NCBI GenBank assembly: GCA_051599415.1
Contig: AP039715.1
Location: forward strand, 434,001 to 498,000
Length of the DNA stretch: 64,000 bases
Source of the DNA: Savitreella phatthalungensis
Taxonomy: Eukaryota
Direction of reading: 5' to 3'
The translations under genes were made by a program, and so were the position numbers. The notes below the pieces were generated by a model that saw only the letters and a list, made by a program, of their open reading frames with translations, had not been told where the DNA came from and ran no database searches. Positions 26,394 to 37,288 of the stretch are shown one piece after another (the stretch's first letter is position 1; every line of letters starts with the position of its first letter).

Positions 26394-29321
26394 ATGACGG
26401 AAGTGAGCTTGCGACGGACAGCGCCAGCAAATATCGACCGGCGACGCTTGAAAGTATTGGCCCGTATTGTTCTCAGAACCACAAGAATCCCAAATCTGAC
26501 AGATGGCGGTTACGTCACAAAGCAATTGCAGCAGGTCCTGCCGTTCCTGCCGGAGAGCGAATGGCGCGATTATCTTGTACGTCGCTTCGAGCTTGACGTC
26601 GAGAAGGTGCGAGCGCTACACAGTGGCGCCTCTAGACACACCTCTCCGAGTAATGACGTGCTAAGGAACTCCGTCAAGAGCGGGACGAAAATGGCGCTCG
26701 ACTCAGATCTCGGCACTCTGGCGACAAGACGTGCCGAATTTCGTGATCGCAGTCCGGCCTTTCCTCTCCGGAGTACAGAGCAGATCGCAATCCGTCTGCA
26801 TGATGCGCCTCATGGGCCAAATATATGTCAGTCTCCTGGGCGTGTAGTATCTCTTCATCATGCGACATCGAGAATGGACCAGCCGAGGAATGCATCCAAC
26901 AAGTCTTCGGCCACTTCCCCTGCCTCCTCTGACAACATTTGGAACACCTCAGGCCCTGAGGTGTTTTTGCGTACCCCTGACGGGAGCGAGGAGCTCAATA
27001 GGCGATCCGGCCTTCGAATGAAATCAGATGTCAGAGCAGCGCTTCGATCCAAGTCGCGAGAGATCGAGCCACTGCAAGTGCAGCCTGCCATAGACAGCTG
27101 CGCGAGTGGCAAAAGCGCTGCATTAGGTCTGCCGCAAGATCATGATCACCTTGGTTCTGTCTTGAACAGCTCGGATCAGATACTGAATGGCGCGATTACA
27201 GATGCGCAGCTTGTTTCGCTGCCAGCGAGCAGCGATCTCAAGCTTCGCCCGGCAGTCCACGCATCGTCGGCATCACCTGCGCCGAAACATACTGACCTCG
27301 AGCACTTCGCCAGCAATCGGCAAACATCGCATTCGGACCGTGCCGGCTACGAGCAACATGAGTTGACTGAATGTGGTCGACCAGGGCTGGGCAGTCGTCA
27401 TTCTTCGCTCACTACTCAGACTGTCTCGAAAGAGCTGTGGAGAAATGGTGAGCCGCTTCGGATGGATGAACACGGCACTATGCCGCCATGGCATGATCTG
27501 TCCATTGCTACTGCTGATCGTTCTATTGAGGCTGTCCAAGGAAACACACAAAAGGAGCACGAGGTTGCGGTCAGCGTGCAGGCTGTTCAAGAAGGAGACG
27601 CACCGAGCGCCACTCATGTAGATATTGAAAAGACGATACGGCAAAATCGGACAGATCAGCCGGCTGAGAGCTCTGGACACTTCATTTCTAATCTGCCTGT
27701 TCACTCAAATCAAGGACTACTCGTGCACGAAGACTCCGAATTCAAGACGAGCATGCAGCTGCTCGCGGGTCTCCACGCGATGAATCAGCCTGATCCATCA
27801 ATCTCAGCTTCATCACAACAGCAATCGCACCGCTCAGCCGGACAGCCCGCATTAAAGAGACAGTGCAGGGCGAATGATCAAACTTTCAAGTTGCGCATTA
27901 CTGACGACCAGGCGTCCACAATATTGTCAAACTTGCGAACGTGTATCTCAGCACAGGTTGTGCTCTTGAGCGGCGGTCGATGTGTCGACGCCTGTGGAAC
28001 AAACAAGCCCGCTGAGCTGAACCAGCATCTCGGGGCAATTAGTCATTCGCAACAGCGCTGGGTGTTGACTGACAATGTCTTCGATTGGGACAAGCTCGAT
28101 CCGCCCGTAGCCGGTGCGCGGCTAATCAAACCTGCATCTCGGAGACGTCATCGTTTGGTGGAGAAGGCGGCACGCAGATCGCTATTTAAGCAGGTCGGCG
28201 AATTGACGGGCGAGTGCTTCTCAATGCTCAAAACCGGGCAGTCTCAGCCGCTTGCCGGTGAAGGCATACATCTCGACATAGCTTCGCGGTCGTCTTACAG
28301 TTTGGCGAACAAGCCCATAATCAGCGAGCCAACAAGCATCGTTGAGCCCGAAGGAAGCTTGCAGGCTAGATTGGTAAGGTCTCAGTCTGGACTTGATGAA
28401 AATGAACCACTGAAGACCGTAGCGACCTCCTCATCTGTGCTTGACAGTGCGTTGCTTGACGTTGCGCATACCCTGGTCACACCAACGGACAGCCAAGGTC
28501 TTGCAAAGCCTCATCGAGACGTCGCAATGTTGAGTGAAGTGCTCGAGCGCGGAGCCGAGGACAGCAGGTATCGCAGGGCTTATGATATCGAACCGCTGCG
28601 CATCTATCCGCCAAATAAGCCATCGTCGCGCCTCGTATCCATCAAATGCATCAATGCACCCACAACATTGGGAGCCACTCGGCAGCAATCTCAAGCGATG
28701 CGACGACGCGATCGTGCCGCGCAGAACGAGTTACAAGAGATGCGGGCGCAATCTTCTGGCTCCCTCGTCGAGACAAGCGAGTTTCGAGCATATCTTTGCA
28801 GGTGGGCTCATTGTGGAACCATTCTGCACGGGCAGGATGCTCTTGATCGACACTGTCAGCGAATGCACGCAGTGTCAGACAGTCGAGCTGGCCTGCAGTG
28901 TCATTGGCTCGGTTGTGAGCGTATTTCCACGAGCTTCGAAAGTCGCGCTCAGTGGCACAATCATATCGCGATGCACACTCTTGCTCAGGAACCTTTGCAA
29001 ATGGAACACGACCTCATGAGGAACTTTTGGCAGGACATAATTGAGAAGCCAGGGTCGATGCTTAACTGGCATGTGGAAGCTGCAGGCGCTAGGGATGCTT
29101 CGCCTACACAATTGTTGACTCGCATGGAGCATAGTAGGCTCGCAAATTCCTCCGCCGTATCGTGCAAGCTCTTCGTACACCGAGTCACCGCGAAAGGTGC
29201 TACGCTGCCAGCGCAATTTAGCGGATTCGAGGACGATTGGGAGATTCTCCAAGATGCGGTCGTGCATTGCCATCAGCAGCGCAAGTTACTATTGCGGGAT
29301 CGTCACGGTCGCGTCGGATGA
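26394..29321 (+). CDS. Large low-complexity protein with C-terminal tandem CxWxxC-type C2H2 zinc fingers
   Basis: ATG at 26394, 975 aa; YLCRWAHCGTILHGQDALDRHCQRMH and LQCHWLGC...FESRAQWHNHIAMH. Confidence 0.75.
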   Translation: MTEVSLRRTAPANIDRRRLKVLARIVLRTTRIPNLTDGGYVTKQLQQVLPFLPESEWRDYLVRRFELDVEKVRALHSGASRHTSPSNDVLRNSVKSGTKMALDSDLGTLATRRAEFRDRSPAFPLRSTEQIAIRLHDAPHGPNICQSPGRVVSLHHATSRMDQPRNASNKSSATSPASSDNIWNTSGPEVFLRTPDGSEELNRRSGLRMKSDVRAALRSKSREIEPLQVQPAIDSCASGKSAALGLPQDHDHLGSVLNSSDQILNGAITDAQLVSLPASSDLKLRPAVHASSASPAPKHTDLEHFASNRQTSHSDRAGYEQHELTECGRPGLGSRHSSLTTQTVSKELWRNGEPLRMDEHGTMPPWHDLSIATADRSIEAVQGNTQKEHEVAVSVQAVQEGDAPSATHVDIEKTIRQNRTDQPAESSGHFISNLPVHSNQGLLVHEDSEFKTSMQLLAGLHAMNQPDPSISASSQQQSHRSAGQPALKRQCRANDQTFKLRITDDQASTILSNLRTCISAQVVLLSGGRCVDACGTNKPAELNQHLGAISHSQQRWVLTDNVFDWDKLDPPVAGARLIKPASRRRHRLVEKAARRSLFKQVGELTGECFSMLKTGQSQPLAGEGIHLDIASRSSYSLANKPIISEPTSIVEPEGSLQARLVRSQSGLDENEPLKTVATSSSVLDSALLDVAHTLVTPTDSQGLAKPHRDVAMLSEVLERGAEDSRYRRAYDIEPLRIYPPNKPSSRLVSIKCINAPTTLGATRQQSQAMRRRDRAAQNELQEMRAQSSGSLVETSEFRAYLCRWAHCGTILHGQDALDRHCQRMHAVSDSRAGLQCHWLGCERISTSFESRAQWHNHIAMHTLAQEPLQMEHDLMRNFWQDIIEKPGSMLNWHVEAAGARDASPTQLLTRMEHSRLANSSAVSCKLFVHRVTAKGATLPAQFSGFEDDWEILQDAVVHCHQQRKLLLRDRHGRVG

Positions 29322-29562
29322 ACGACATTTTCTCTTTCTGTTCCTCCGACGCTCTGTTTTACATTCTCAACATCTTCTATATGATGTAATGGAGCCCTGG
29401 CATCTCCGGCCGGGCATGCTGACATCTCGTCCGCGTAGACCAGACGTCATGGACGTCAAATGTACTCGATCTGCGTCTCTTTCGAGAACGGCCGTCTGGT
29501 GTCCTGCGACGTATGTGCCACGCGTGTTGTTTCAGTGTATGCCCGAGGCGGAAATGGAATTA

Positions 29563-31482
29563 AAGTCGAATTACCGAAACCTGGACACGTGTTATCATGG
29601 ACACAAAAAAATACTATGTTTCTGTCGCTTCTTCGCCGAGGCCTTCCTCGTAGACTGCGCAGTACTCAATGGGAGCACCTCTGCTAGGGCTGTACGCACG
29701 CCAGCCTCGCCCTTGGCCTGTAGCCAAGCCTCTGGATCAATCTTAGCCTTCTTAGCCTCGTCTAGCACAAACTGCCAGCGTGCATCTGAGATCTCACTGC
29801 CTAGCAGGCCTAATAGCCAGTCCATCGAGGCAAACATTGCCTGTGGATTTACCCTGTGCACAGTGCAAGTGAGCCTGCCCTGGAGGGTTTCTATGGTGGC
29901 CAGGGCATCCTCCAATTGAGCACTGGCGCTCTCAAAGCGTGTGTGCAGCTCCTCATAGTGCGAGGCGAATTGTGTGCGATCTAGCAGTGCGCTGTCCAGG
30001 ATGTCTAGCTGCGTTTTGCCTGCCTTCAGCACCAGTGATTGCGTTCTTTTTGGAGGTAAAGGAGTGCTGCCAAGTAGGTTAGTAGGCAGTGGTTGTAGAG
30101 GCGATTGTAGAGCAGCGCTACTGTCCTCAATGCCGCCCTGTACCTCGCATCGGTGCTTTGCTAGCCCTTGGCAAATAGCATCCATGTGATAGAGGTTTAT
30201 ACCTGCTGCCTTGAAGCCAGAAAGTATGTTTTTGCGTGTCATTGCTGCATTGAAGGCTGCACAGAAGGCCTTGATAAACTGTACGCGCGTGATTGACTTT
30301 CCACCTTGCCTGTAGGATAAGGCCTTCACCTGTTTGCTGTATTTCCTCTTGAGAGGCGAGAATATAGCTAGGTCAAGAGGCTGTGTGATGTGTGAAGAGT
30401 GCGCAGGCAGGTAGACCAGTTTGAGATTGTTTTTTGCGCATAGGTAGAGAAACCTGTGTGTAATGTGAGGTCCTGCGCCATCTATCACCAGGATGCGCGT
30501 TCTCTGTGGCTCGCTAGCAGTAGCAGGCAGGAAGATGTCCAGCAGCCAGCTGCACATGATCTCTGAAGTGGCAAAGCCGTTTGAAGAGTGAAATGATTGT
30601 ACCACGCTGCCTGGAGGTCCTAGGTATGCTGCCTCATCTGGCGGCCTTGTTCCTTCCTCCTTAGCCTTGGCCCATGCCTTGATCTTTGCCTCTGTGCGTT
30701 TGAAGATGAGGATTGGCGGTAGATGCGCGCCTGCTGCAGAGATACAGGCTAGGCAGGTGATTGTTTTGCAATTTCCATTGTCTGCTGCGTAGTTCGCAGT
30801 CCCTCGGACCTTTCCCACAGGAACCACTACCTGTGTGGTCTGTGAGCGTCCCACCATGAGGCCAGATTTGTCAGCGTTCCATACGTCTTCAGGCTGCACA
30901 CTGTGCGCAGTAAGGTAGCTGCCTAGGCGCTGCCAATACGCATCCACAGCAGCTGGATTCACCGCGTACAGGCGCGCATGGTCAATGCGCCTTGCCAGGG
31001 TAGTCTGAATGGTAGGGTGACGCCTTTTGAAGGAGTCAAACCACCTTCCACCGAGCCAGTCTGTGTTTCCGCAAGATCTGTAAACAAGGTCTGCTAAATC
31101 CTGCACCTCTACAGGCATCATAGGATAGTTTGCAGCTGCTCTGCTGTTGACTATGTCAAGGACAGCCTGTTCCTGTGTCTTGGTGAGTCTCTGGCGTTCT
31201 TCTGCTGCTGTGTGGTAGCCCCTATTGCCATTGGAAAGTCAAAGGTGCAAAGAACTGGAGGATACGTCAAATTCTGCTGCTGCTTCGCGAATAGAGATAG
31301 CTCCTGCCTCCTTTCCTTCCAGGTAGTACTCCACAGCCGCCTGCATGCGTAGCTCCTTCTCCTGGTCCTTCATAGCAGGTATTGGTCCAGTAGCAGTGTC
31401 TTGAAGGTCAAGGTGCTAGGTCAAGACGCGTCTAAATTACGTGTCCATGATAACACGTGTCCAGGTTTCGGTAATTCAACTT
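29563..31482 (-). mobile_element. pogo/Fot1-type DNA transposon, 1920 bp, 42-bp TIRs, TA target-site duplication
   Basis: TIR 29563-29604 AAGTCGAATTACCGAAACCTGGACACGTGTTATCATGGACAC vs 31441-31482 (one mismatch, CG to TG); TA at 29561-62 and 31483-84. Confidence 0.95.
29595..31373 (-). pseudogene. DD35D transposase (HTH_psq + CENP-B-type HTH + DDE_1) interrupted by one in-frame TGA
   Basis: ATG 31373 MKDQEKELRMQAAVEYY...SIREAAAEFDVSSSSLHL*LSNG (TGA at 31239-41) is in frame with the 508-aa ORF; triad WNADKSG / LVIDGAGPH / ITQPLD with 35 residues between the last two Asp. Confidence 0.9.
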
Positions 31483-31669
31483 TAATGCGCCGGGTCATCG
31501 TGCAAGCATAAATAAGCACTTCAACATAATTCTCGCAGCGTGCATGCATCACAGACTGAATTCTTCCTGTGTATCGCTCATTTGTGGTCCCACGAAGACG
31601 GACAAACAGACAATCTACCACACTTTGTTGCGCCGTGCTAGGTACTCAGGCACATCGAGAGCGCAGACC

Positions 31670-32349
31670 ATGGATCTTGACCGCTCATTGGATGACATCT
31701 TGAAGACGCGGTCGCGAAAGCCCGCTGGCACTCGCTTCACCAGGAGGCGCAGCGCTTCGACCAGAAGGGCTCCCGGGCGACAAACTGGAGCAAGCGCTCT
31801 TGTGATTGCAGAGCCCCTCGGGCGAGGGCGTGAAAATAAGGACACGAAGCTGATCATATCGAATTTGCCACGTACAGTAGACACATTCCACTGAGGTGAG
31901 ACAGTTGAGCTGACCAAACAGATGACGTTACAGAACATCAAGTAACGGAGCTCTTGCGCGGTCATATTGGCGATGCGGCACGGAAGACTCACCTTACGTA
32001 CGACTCCAATGGCCAGTCTAAAGGAATAGCGACATGCATCGTGCGAGGGACTGCTGCGGCCCTGAGCATTCAGGAGGAATTCGACCGCCGTGTCATAGAT
32101 GGTGCTCGCAGACTTAAAGTCGAGCTCATTTTGTCGCCGATAGCGGCAGATCTTGCCGTAGCTCATCAGACGAGAAGCTTGAGCAGAGGCCGTGATATTG
32201 TGACAGCAAAAAGTCGAGGTCATCGCAAATTGAAGGATGATCGCACCGAACGGGGAGGCACGGCTAAAACGCGGACGGAAGGTCGTCATGGTGCCAAGAC
32301 TGCAGCGCAGCTCGATGCGGAGATGGATGATTATTTTGGCCAAGCTTGA
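31670..32349 (+). CDS. YRA1: mRNA export adaptor Yra1/Mlo3/ALYREF (2 exons)
   Basis: N-box MDLDRSLDDIL, RRM KLIISNLP|HDVTEHQV (intron 31872-31921), YDSNGQSKGIA, C-box KTAAQLDAEMDDYF. Confidence 0.88.
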
Positions 32350-32387
32350 TCAAAAGGCAATATGAAGATCGAGCCGGGTGTTGCAAT

Positions 32388-32990
32388 CTAGTGGTCGCGC
32401 TCTTGTGCCACTACAGAATCATAGTGAGCCCCGAGCGAGTACATGTGTGAATATCGCGCAAGTCTGACAATGCCTGCGTGATTGCTCTCGTACTGCAGCG
32501 TTGCGCCCGACGATTGAATGACTTCCACAGCCACCTCATTCCTGCGAGCCAAGGCAATTATCTCTAGCTCGCCTCCCCACTTTGCTGTGCACTCCAGCTC
32601 GTTTGCATAGCTCGCCAGATCAGCTGTGACTTGGCCATCCGCCGTCAACAAGAAGGGCTGGAAGTCACCCTCGTGGGAGCGTAGGTACTCCGCTGCCTGA
32701 TGTCGAAGATCCTCATAACTAAAATTTCCACGGCCCAATAACTTGAGTTGGTGGGCGAATGCCGTGTACAAGCAATGCCCATCAGGTCTGACAGGGTGTG
32801 CACAAAGGCCGAATGATGAGAGCTTTGCTCTCATCGATTCAGCCTCTTGGCTTCGGAAATCTGTCATTCCAGCTGCCTCTCGAAGAGCCTCCTGCCGTTG
32901 TGCTTCCATACCTTCCGCGCGTCGTTGCAGCCTAGCCTTAGCACGGTTGACCCTGCGTGGCGCTTGCGGCTCTTGGGAATACATCGTCAT
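32388..32990 (-). CDS. OTU2: OTU-domain deubiquitinase (Otu2/OTUD6-like), short N-terminus
   Basis: RPDGHCLY (catalytic Cys), WGGELEIIALA, HMYSLGAHYDS. Confidence 0.88.
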   Translation of the reverse strand: MTMYSQEPQAPRRVNRAKARLQRRAEGMEAQRQEALREAAGMTDFRSQEAESMRAKLSSFGLCAHPVRPDGHCLYTAFAHQLKLLGRGNFSYEDLRHQAAEYLRSHEGDFQPFLLTADGQVTADLASYANELECTAKWGGELEIIALARRNEVAVEVIQSSGATLQYESNHAGIVRLARYSHMYSLGAHYDSVVAQERDH

Positions 32991-33158
32991 TCAAGCACCG
33001 TATTGCTTACTCGCGCTCGACAGAGCCTCGGACCACGGACAAGATGAGCTCGAGGCGTACATATGAAGTTCCTAGTATTCCGGCAATTCGATCGCTATAC
33101 AAGTTCAGCCATGATTACGATTTATCTCTTCGACTAATTTGATCCGAACTAATTTCTT

Positions 33159-35471
33159 TCAAGTCGAGACCTCGCCGTCATCGAGATTCGCCGCGCTGTG
33201 CACTGCCTCGTCACTCAAAAGGTGATTCTCGATACCCCATGCGCTGGATTCTGCTCCCAATTCGCGGTCCATTGATCCTTGAATTTTGCTGATTTCCTCC
33301 TCCCAAATACGCTGAAAGTACACTCTCAACGTATGCAGTCCTCGTAGATACCCGTGGTCTGGCGAATCTGGATGATGAGGCGGGCAGGAGCCGTCGCGAC
33401 CACCATGTTCAGCGGTGACACAGTTTGCGAAATCGACGATTTTGATGCGAATCTCTGACGGCACGGGCTTAGGGAGATTATCGTGATACGGCTCTGCCTT
33501 CTGCTTTGCGTACTGCTCTTCTTCCGCACTTTCACCGTCATACAGAAATAGCAGACTGCTTGCGTAGAGCCGGTATCCGCGAAGTTCTCGCACGATGTTC
33601 TCCAGATTGCCGAGTTTATTCAATATCTTCGGAATGTGGTGGAGATTGATCTCGCCGAAGCTGTCGTCGTCTTGGCGACCGTTACGTAGAAAAGATTTTA
33701 GGGATTCGGAGAACTCGGCGCCAGCCTTCAGATCGCGACCGAAGTACTTGTCCTGAAAAGTTGACTTTCGCAACTTCTTGTTCCAGACTTGCATGCCGCA
33801 AATACGGACTCCTAGCTGCTGCGAAGTAGTCATGGCGCACTTTCGTCGCTGTGACCGCTTTTTCGCTTCAGTAGCGTAGCAGCCGTACTGTCGGGTTCCC
33901 ATTTTGAGGTCGAGCACACAAGGTCGATTCATACCTTTCGTCAAGTCCTCAATGAGAATGAAGCGCTGCTCACGCGTATGCGATTCCAAGTCTTCAGTTC
34001 TACCCTTCAAATCTGCTTGGAGATCGAGCAACCGCTTCGCACGATCCCGCTCTGCACATTTCTGTGACCAGGTGAGCTTGGCTTGCTCAAATGTGGGTAC
34101 TTCAATTCGGTCGCGGCCCGAAGGTGAAGAATTGACAGGCTCTTTCAACCCGGAACTTTTCTGTTTTGGAGTTCCGAGGGTTTCGTCGACGGCATCCATC
34201 TCGAAGATTGCGACATCGTCGTCTCCAGTTGACGCGTCAATCATGGTGGAACGTGCGAGTGGTGAGGGATGGAGTGCTGTCCGAGGCGCTATGTCGACCT
34301 CAGAAGGTCTGTTTGCCGCCGGATGACTATCGCCATGCTCAAGCGACGAGGCCAGGACTCTCGTCGAGATCTTCTTGGATTCCGAGAGTGCATGGCTGGA
34401 AGAGAAACGCCGGCTAGCTGCTTGCACCGTAAGCTCGTCGAGACTAGCGAGATTCTCGAAGGACGCCGATGTTGCCACTTGAGATAGAGCGTCTAATTCG
34501 GGGCGACGAGCTGGTTGTGGCGTCGAGGGCAATGGCGGAGTTTCGAACGTGCATGATGCGTCCGCAGGAAGTCGGGCATGACGTCGGGGCCTCAAGCGTT
34601 TGTTGATTGGAGCGAACACTTCACGCAGTACGTCTTCTTGTAATTGACGATTAACCGTCGTCGTGCCCGAATGACTAGGCTGCCTCGTCAATTCCCTGTC
34701 ATGACCGGGCAGCATCGAGGCAGGGAATATGTGACGATTATGCGCGATCGACACTTCGGGTGTTGCCTGTGCCGTCACATCAGAAGGCTGATCAACATGA
34801 TCACGATGCGTAACATTTAGAACACCAATGTACCTCGGCATGAAGGGTAATAATTCCGGATGATGCATTTCGATGTTCTCGTAGAACTCGTTCTCCTTGT
34901 TCGCCAGAGGCTTGCACACCGCCCTTTCCGAGAAACGGAATATTGGATTATGCCCGCCGACCTGATGCTTGTAGGGTTTCAAAGAGACAACCCCTGGCCG
35001 ATGTCCTGTGCCGATTGACCATTCAATGTCGTCGTTTACGTCACCAAAATAATCGTCATCTTCCGGCTGATCGCTATCCGGCTCGACGGTCTCAGGCCCA
35101 CGCTTTGATGTGTCTGAGCATGTCGCGACAGCGGACTGACGTCGCTTCGATGTGGAGAACGAGGGTGGAGTCAGTGGAGGTGACGCGCCGTGCGTTTTTA
35201 GGGGACTTGAAAGCGGACGAACATGCGCCTTGAATTCCGCGGTCGTTGTTACGGACGTGACATTGGGTAGGGGACTATCCGCCGCGCTGAGTTGAATCAC
35301 ATGTTCTTCCGAAGACTTGGAGTCGGATGACAGAGACACAGAATCGCCATAGAGGATGTCCTTTGCGATTTGGCGTACGTCAATTTCATTGTGCGCTTTG
35401 CTCGAGTGCTTGAAGACTTGCAAGCTTTGCGAGGCCTTGCGGCTAGCACGTTCTTCCGGCGCATCTGTCAT
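33159..35471 (-). CDS. KCS1: Inositol hexakisphosphate kinase (IPK family)
   Basis: [40 protein letters not shown]. Confidence 0.92.
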   Translation of the reverse strand: MTDAPEERASRKASQSLQVFKHSSKAHNEIDVRQIAKDILYGDSVSLSSDSKSSEEHVIQLSAADSPLPNVTSVTTTAEFKAHVRPLSSPLKTHGASPPLTPPSFSTSKRRQSAVATCSDTSKRGPETVEPDSDQPEDDDYFGDVNDDIEWSIGTGHRPGVVSLKPYKHQVGGHNPIFRFSERAVCKPLANKENEFYENIEMHHPELLPFMPRYIGVLNVTHRDHVDQPSDVTAQATPEVSIAHNRHIFPASMLPGHDRELTRQPSHSGTTTVNRQLQEDVLREVFAPINKRLRPRRHARLPADASCTFETPPLPSTPQPARRPELDALSQVATSASFENLASLDELTVQAASRRFSSSHALSESKKISTRVLASSLEHGDSHPAANRPSEVDIAPRTALHPSPLARSTMIDASTGDDDVAIFEMDAVDETLGTPKQKSSGLKEPVNSSPSGRDRIEVPTFEQAKLTWSQKCAERDRAKRLLDLQADLKGRTEDLESHTREQRFILIEDLTKGMNRPCVLDLKMGTRQYGCYATEAKKRSQRRKCAMTTSQQLGVRICGMQVWNKKLRKSTFQDKYFGRDLKAGAEFSESLKSFLRNGRQDDDSFGEINLHHIPKILNKLGNLENIVRELRGYRLYASSLLFLYDGESAEEEQYAKQKAEPYHDNLPKPVPSEIRIKIVDFANCVTAEHGGRDGSCPPHHPDSPDHGYLRGLHTLRVYFQRIWEEEISKIQGSMDRELGAESSAWGIENHLLSDEAVHSAANLDDGEVST

Positions 35472-35737
35472 ACTGGCGTATCCAGGCTGACAAAAGGCAC
35501 ATTTGCTTCGTTGAGCATCTGTGAGCTTCCTGCTTACTGATCGAAAAAGCTATTCGGCCTCGTTCTACGAAGTCTTGGGTCGAGTGCATGTCTTTTTTTT
35601 TATCTTGTTGCGCACGTCCTGCACTCGTGCATACCACAAAAAATCGCTGGGTCAATGTGTTGACCTCCATACGACAGACTCTGCGCGCGGTAAGAAACTG
35701 CGGGTTCGCTACAGACTCGGCAGCATCTGAGTTCGCA

Positions 35738-36436
35738 ATGCCTGGAGACTCAGCTGTAGGTTCCGCAACGGGCGAGCAGCACAAGACAAATATCGGCGAC
35801 GAAAAGCGCATGACGCAGACACTCGACGGCGATGATCGCATTTCTGAGGGTAACGCAGTCGCTGCGACCCCGAAAAGAATAATCGATCCGAACACTCCGA
35901 AAGCGACACCATCGGCAGGAATCAGAACACACTCGCTCCGCGAGTTCCTGCAGATCATGGATGAATTTGCGCCAATCGTGAGTTTGTCAGATTGCGCGCG
36001 GCTTATAAACTAACTAGCTGTCACAGATCCCTGATGCCGTCACGGACTATTATCTTCATGCAGCCGGCTTCGAGAGCGATGATTTGCGAGTGTATGAGTA
36101 TATCTGCAGACTGATATCGACGGCGACTAACCTACTGCACAGCAAGCGTCTACTGGCCCTGGCGGCGCAGAAATTTGTTGCAGATATCGCGCAGGACGCT
36201 TATCAAATTTCGAAGGTACGAGCGACCAACCCATCAGCTGCAACAGCAGGCGGTGCTCCTGCGATTCCGCGTGGGCGCTATGGTAAAGACCGCGCACGCA
36301 CGGTTCTAACACTGGACGATCTAGGTATGTCGTTTGTGATGTTTCGCGCTACCGTTGCTGACTTACATTTTTTCTTCCAGCGGCAAGCGTGCACGATCTG
36401 GGAATTAGCCTGAGACGCCAGGAATTCCTGAGATGA
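35738..36436 (+). CDS. TAF10: TFIID/SAGA subunit Taf10 (4 exons)
   Basis: Introns 35978-36026, 36092-36142 and 36325-36380 give [57 protein letters not shown]...[26 protein letters not shown]. Confidence 0.93.
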
Positions 36437-36710
36437 AAGCCACGATCCGTATGAAAACTCAGAAGTACAGTTATCGCGGCTCTTACTTGCAATCTGGCTA
36501 GCGCGTCGAAGACGCAGCACTCTGCCTGATGGCTCGTGGCGGTTGCCAAAGGCTGATATCAGCCTTACTGGAAAGCGATCGCATGCACAGACGCATATCG
36601 AAGTCTATGCATCACCAAGGACGTATTTTGCGATGCGTGCACTGTGTCCAGATATGACGTGGCTTAACCTACAACGGTGTTTGATGGGTGCCGACAGGTC
36701 GGATGAAACA

Positions 36711-36743
36711 TATTTGACAGTTTAGTATTTGACAGATTAGTAT
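36711..36743. repeat. Tandem 15-bp duplication TATTTGACAG(T/A)TTAG upstream of ALDH
   Basis: tatttgacagtttag tatttgacagattag tat read directly. Confidence 0.8.
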
Positions 36744-37243
36744 ATTCTGGGGAGACCGAGCAGAAATAGCCATCGGCTGCGATCAAGTATGTGCCGACTG
36801 ACCGCCACCGAGGACGCATGCACCTCCATGGGAACGTGCACCCTCCGGTTTCTCTGCGCTAGGATGTGCAGTGTTCGTCCGCCGTAGCCGGTACTCATGT
36901 CTATCCCGCCAGGCGGTCACGAGAACGCTCACGACGCGGGCAGGGTAATTTTGAGTAGATCAAACGTCGTCTAGCCAATAGATGGTCGAAGAACCTCCAA
37001 GCTCAATCACCCCACAATGACTCCCGCGTCATTTGACCAGATCTTGTCCAATGATTTTTTACTTGGAGTTCTTTGAGCCCTGCAAGCCCGGGCATGATTA
37101 TCAATCTTGCTCATTTTCAGCCTGCTCCAGCTATCGTTGCGCTTGTCTATGAGCATCGCAAAAGCTCTGGCTGGGCTAGAGGTAATCCCGGTTGGGGAGT
37201 CGAGATTCATCGGCAAGGCCGAAGATCGCCTCAATTCCCATAG

Positions 37244-37251
37244 TATATAAA
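37244..37251 (+). promoter_or_regulatory. TATA box of the aldehyde dehydrogenase gene
   Basis: TATATAAA about 40 nt upstream of ATG 37289. Confidence 0.6.
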
Positions 37252-37288
37252 TCCCCACGTCGACACCTTGACCGTGGAAGTACACATC

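Noticed and set aside
29197..29919. 240-aa plus-strand ORF crossing the transposon end
   Set aside because: Chimeric across a host gene end, the TIR and antisense transposase; no motif
31239..31241. Programmed readthrough or selenocysteine at the in-frame TGA
   Set aside because: The position corresponds to a usual Arg of the HTH, and CGA to TGA fits the local CpG decay
29560..31485. piggyBac (TTAA at both ends)
   Set aside because: The transposase is pogo-type DD35D and the sister element has only TA on its left flank; the TTAA is coincidental
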